DNA of 64,000 nucleotides from Candidatus Eiseniibacteriota bacterium (GTDB lineage Bacteria; Eisenbacteria; RBG-16-71-46; CAIMUX01): contig JAWKQE010000004.1 in assembly GCA_041390305.1 (NCBI GenBank), positions 194,649 to 258,648 of the forward strand, written 5' to 3'. The notes beneath the pieces are model-generated. The model was not told the origin of the DNA and ran no database searches. It saw only the letters and a list, made by a program, of their open reading frames with translations. Position numbers and translations under genes: made by a program. This document shows positions 62,283 to 64,000 of the stretch, one piece after another (position 1 is the first letter of the stretch; each line of letters begins with the position of its first letter).

Positions 62283-62440
62283 GCAAGTCACGAGTCCGGG
62301 GACGATCGAGCGGAAAGCCGCACGAAGGACGCTCGTTCCAGCGAGGCGATCGGGTGTACAATCGCAGTCACGGGCGCGGAGAGGACCGTCCCCTCCGCCC
62401 GAGCCCGACCGGGTCGACCGAACTCACGGAGGACCGACCC

Positions 62441-63746
62441 ATGCGTGAGCTTCCGCTGCTTTCGCTGCCTTCGCTTTCGCCTTCGCCTTCATCGTCGCCG
62501 CGTTCCCGAAGAAGATTCCTCGCAGTCACGATCGTCGTTCTCTCGTGGCTCATCGCCGCGCACGGCCCTGCCCACGCCGGCCCGTTCGTCGATGGACGAC
62601 TCTTCGTACACGTGAATCCCGAGGTCGCCTACACACCTCGGACTACGGGCCCTCACCTGTCGGGAACGCCCTCACTGCGCCGATGCCGTTATCCGAACCG
62701 ACCCGGGCGAGACGCCTCTCATCTGGTACGTCATTGCAGCCTTCCACTCGCCTCTCGAGGACAGCTCGTTCTGGCTGTCGTTCGGAATCGACTACGACCC
62801 CGACCTGATCCGGATCCTCAACACGCAGATCCACGGGGACGCGACGGACTGGGATGGCGACTGGCCCCAGCCCGACGGCTGGATCCGGATCGATTATCCC
62901 GCGGGGATCCAGGCTACCTCGCTCGAGATCGGCTGGTTCGCGGGCTACGTCGACACAGAGGTGCCGTCGACGTTCGCCGTCGTTCCCGGAAGCGGGGGCG
63001 GAAACTTCGGCGATTGGATCTGGCATGAACCGATCGACGGATTCGGCACTCTGGGATTCGGAACGGACGGGGAACTCGAGTGCGCGGAGCTCGGAACATG
63101 CTGCCTCCCCGACGGAAGCTGCGAGTCTCTCACCGCCTACTGGTGCAAACGTGCCGATGGCGTCTACTTCGAGTCCGGATCCTGTAGCGACTGCGAATCG
63201 GTCGGCGCCTGCTGTACGGACTGGAGTTGCGCTGTGAGGCCCGAGACGGATTGCCGCGGAGAGAACGAGACCTGGCTTGGCGGCGGCTCCACCTGTGAGC
63301 CGAACGAGTGCGTCCCGCTGGGATCGTGCTGCCTCCCGGACGGCTCGTGTGTCGTCCTCCGGGAGAACGAGTGTCGGGAGGAGTTCGGCGCCTTCCTGGT
63401 GGGGATGGACTGTACGCTCGTCGATTGCTACGTGGGGTTCGGTGCGTGCTGCTACATCGGCTGGGAGACCCTCTGCCGGCTCGCATCGCAGGAAGAGTGC
63501 GAAGCACTCGGCTCGGTCTACTTGGGTGACGGCACGACCTGCGAGCCCGAACCGTGTCTCCCGGGCGTCTGCTGCGTCCAGTCCAACAGTGGCGTCTGCC
63601 CCTACACCACTCCGGAGGACTGCGAGGACCTGGGCGGATACTTCATCCCCGGGCCCGCCGGGCCACCGGACGAAGCGTGCGAAGTCTGCTGCTGCGGCCC
63701 GACCGAGGAGTCGAGTTGGGGCGAGGTGAAGGCGAAGTTCCGCTAG
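62441..63746 (+). CDS. Tat-signal protein with an unassigned N-terminal domain and five degenerate six-Cys modules; at least 2 frame changes (about 62640-62720)
   Basis: ATG 62441 after GGAGGA gives MRELPLLSL...SRRRFLAVTIVVLSWLIAAHGPAHA (twin-arginine S-R-R-x-F-L). The sense continues in the 62545 frame (DYGPSPVGNALTAPMPLSEPTRA), then in the 62961 frame extended upstream (TPLIWYVIAAFHSPLEDSSFWLSFGIDYDPDLIRIL...). Modules: GTCCLPDGSCESLTAYWC..., GACCTDWSCAVRPETDC..., GSCCLPDGSCVVLRENEC..., GACCYIGWETLCRLASQEEC..., GVCCVQSNSGVCPYTTPEDC.... The protein ends CEVCCCGPTEESSWGEVKAKFR. Confidence 0.7.
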
Positions 63747-63836
63747 CGAAGTTCCGTTGGCGAACTTCCCTGTCCAGAACTGTCGTCCGATTCCGCGTAC
63801 TCCGGAAACCAGCGCCCGGCGCACCGGAGGACGACA

Positions 63837-64000
63837 TGTTCTGCCCACCTTCAGTCACCACACATGCTTCTTTCACAACGGCTTCCAGATCCGGCTCGCC
63901 GGCCGCCCGGAAGCCCGTCGGCGCGCCCGCCTCGGCCGCCCGCGTACCGACGACGGCCGTCCGCAAGCTCTCCACAGGCGCAAGCTCCCTCGTGCCCCGT
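63837..64000 (+). CDS. Possible 5' end of a gene running off the right edge (function unknown)
   Basis: ATG 63837 lies 5 nt after GGAGGA and the frame is open to the window end. The third-codon position becomes strongly G/C after about codon 17. The peptide MFCPPSVTTHASFTTASRSGSPAARKPVG... is low complexity, so support is weak. Confidence 0.3.

Noticed and set aside
1-64000. Mobile element, prophage or island boundaries, and tRNA or rRNA genes
   Set aside because: Scanning by eye found no integrase, transposase, recombinase or phage structural motifs, no flanking direct repeats, and no T-loop-like GGTTCGA(A/G)TCC or other tRNA/rRNA signatures. A tRNAscan or Infernal run would be needed to be certain.

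Overview
This is a 64-kb, visibly GC-rich bacterial chromosomal segment; I did not compute the GC value. Every real gene casts long Arg/Pro/Ser-rich shadow ORFs in other frames. I therefore called genes from protein-like composition, catalytic motifs, GGAGG-type Shine-Dalgarno sites and signal peptides, not from ORF length. I recognise about 38 protein-coding loci and no rRNA, tRNA, CRISPR array, transposase or integrase.

The dominant theme is a cell-envelope/secretome island. Ten proteins share a ~80-aa C-terminal FlgD-Ig/T9SS-type sorting domain ending (K/R)hhhx(R): two LVIVD propellers, an S8 peptidase, an NHL propeller, two beta-helix proteins (one a ~1340-aa protein with cohesin-like and dockerin-like modules), an FG-GAP/VCBS protein, a glycosidase-like protein, and two proteins built from unassigned repeats. 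An unassigned six-Cys ~41-aa module occurs in arrays in the first and last genes of the window. The first of these is a 931-codon partial gene at the left edge that the ORF track omits.

Other content:
- a divergent ATP-grasp/DUF455 and PLP-aldolase/aminotransferase cluster
- a Cys-less thioredoxin-fold protein translationally coupled to a rhomboid-like::MprF-synthase fusion
- MgtC-family, SET-domain and zinc-PLC-like proteins
- a LytS/LytTR two-component pair and an AraC regulator
- a GT-C glycosyltransferase with an AsnB-like amidotransferase
- trpS
- an SDR, an ECF41-like sigma factor and an STK-STAND-TPR protein
- a VOC protein

Major caveat: positions 1-26.6 kb contain one frameshift. Positions 26.6-63 kb contain on the order of 50-60 clustered frame changes by manual tracing, including in trpS. 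This more likely reflects consensus/assembly indels than real decay. An origin in an uncultured FCB-like or Gemmatimonadota-like lineage is inference only.
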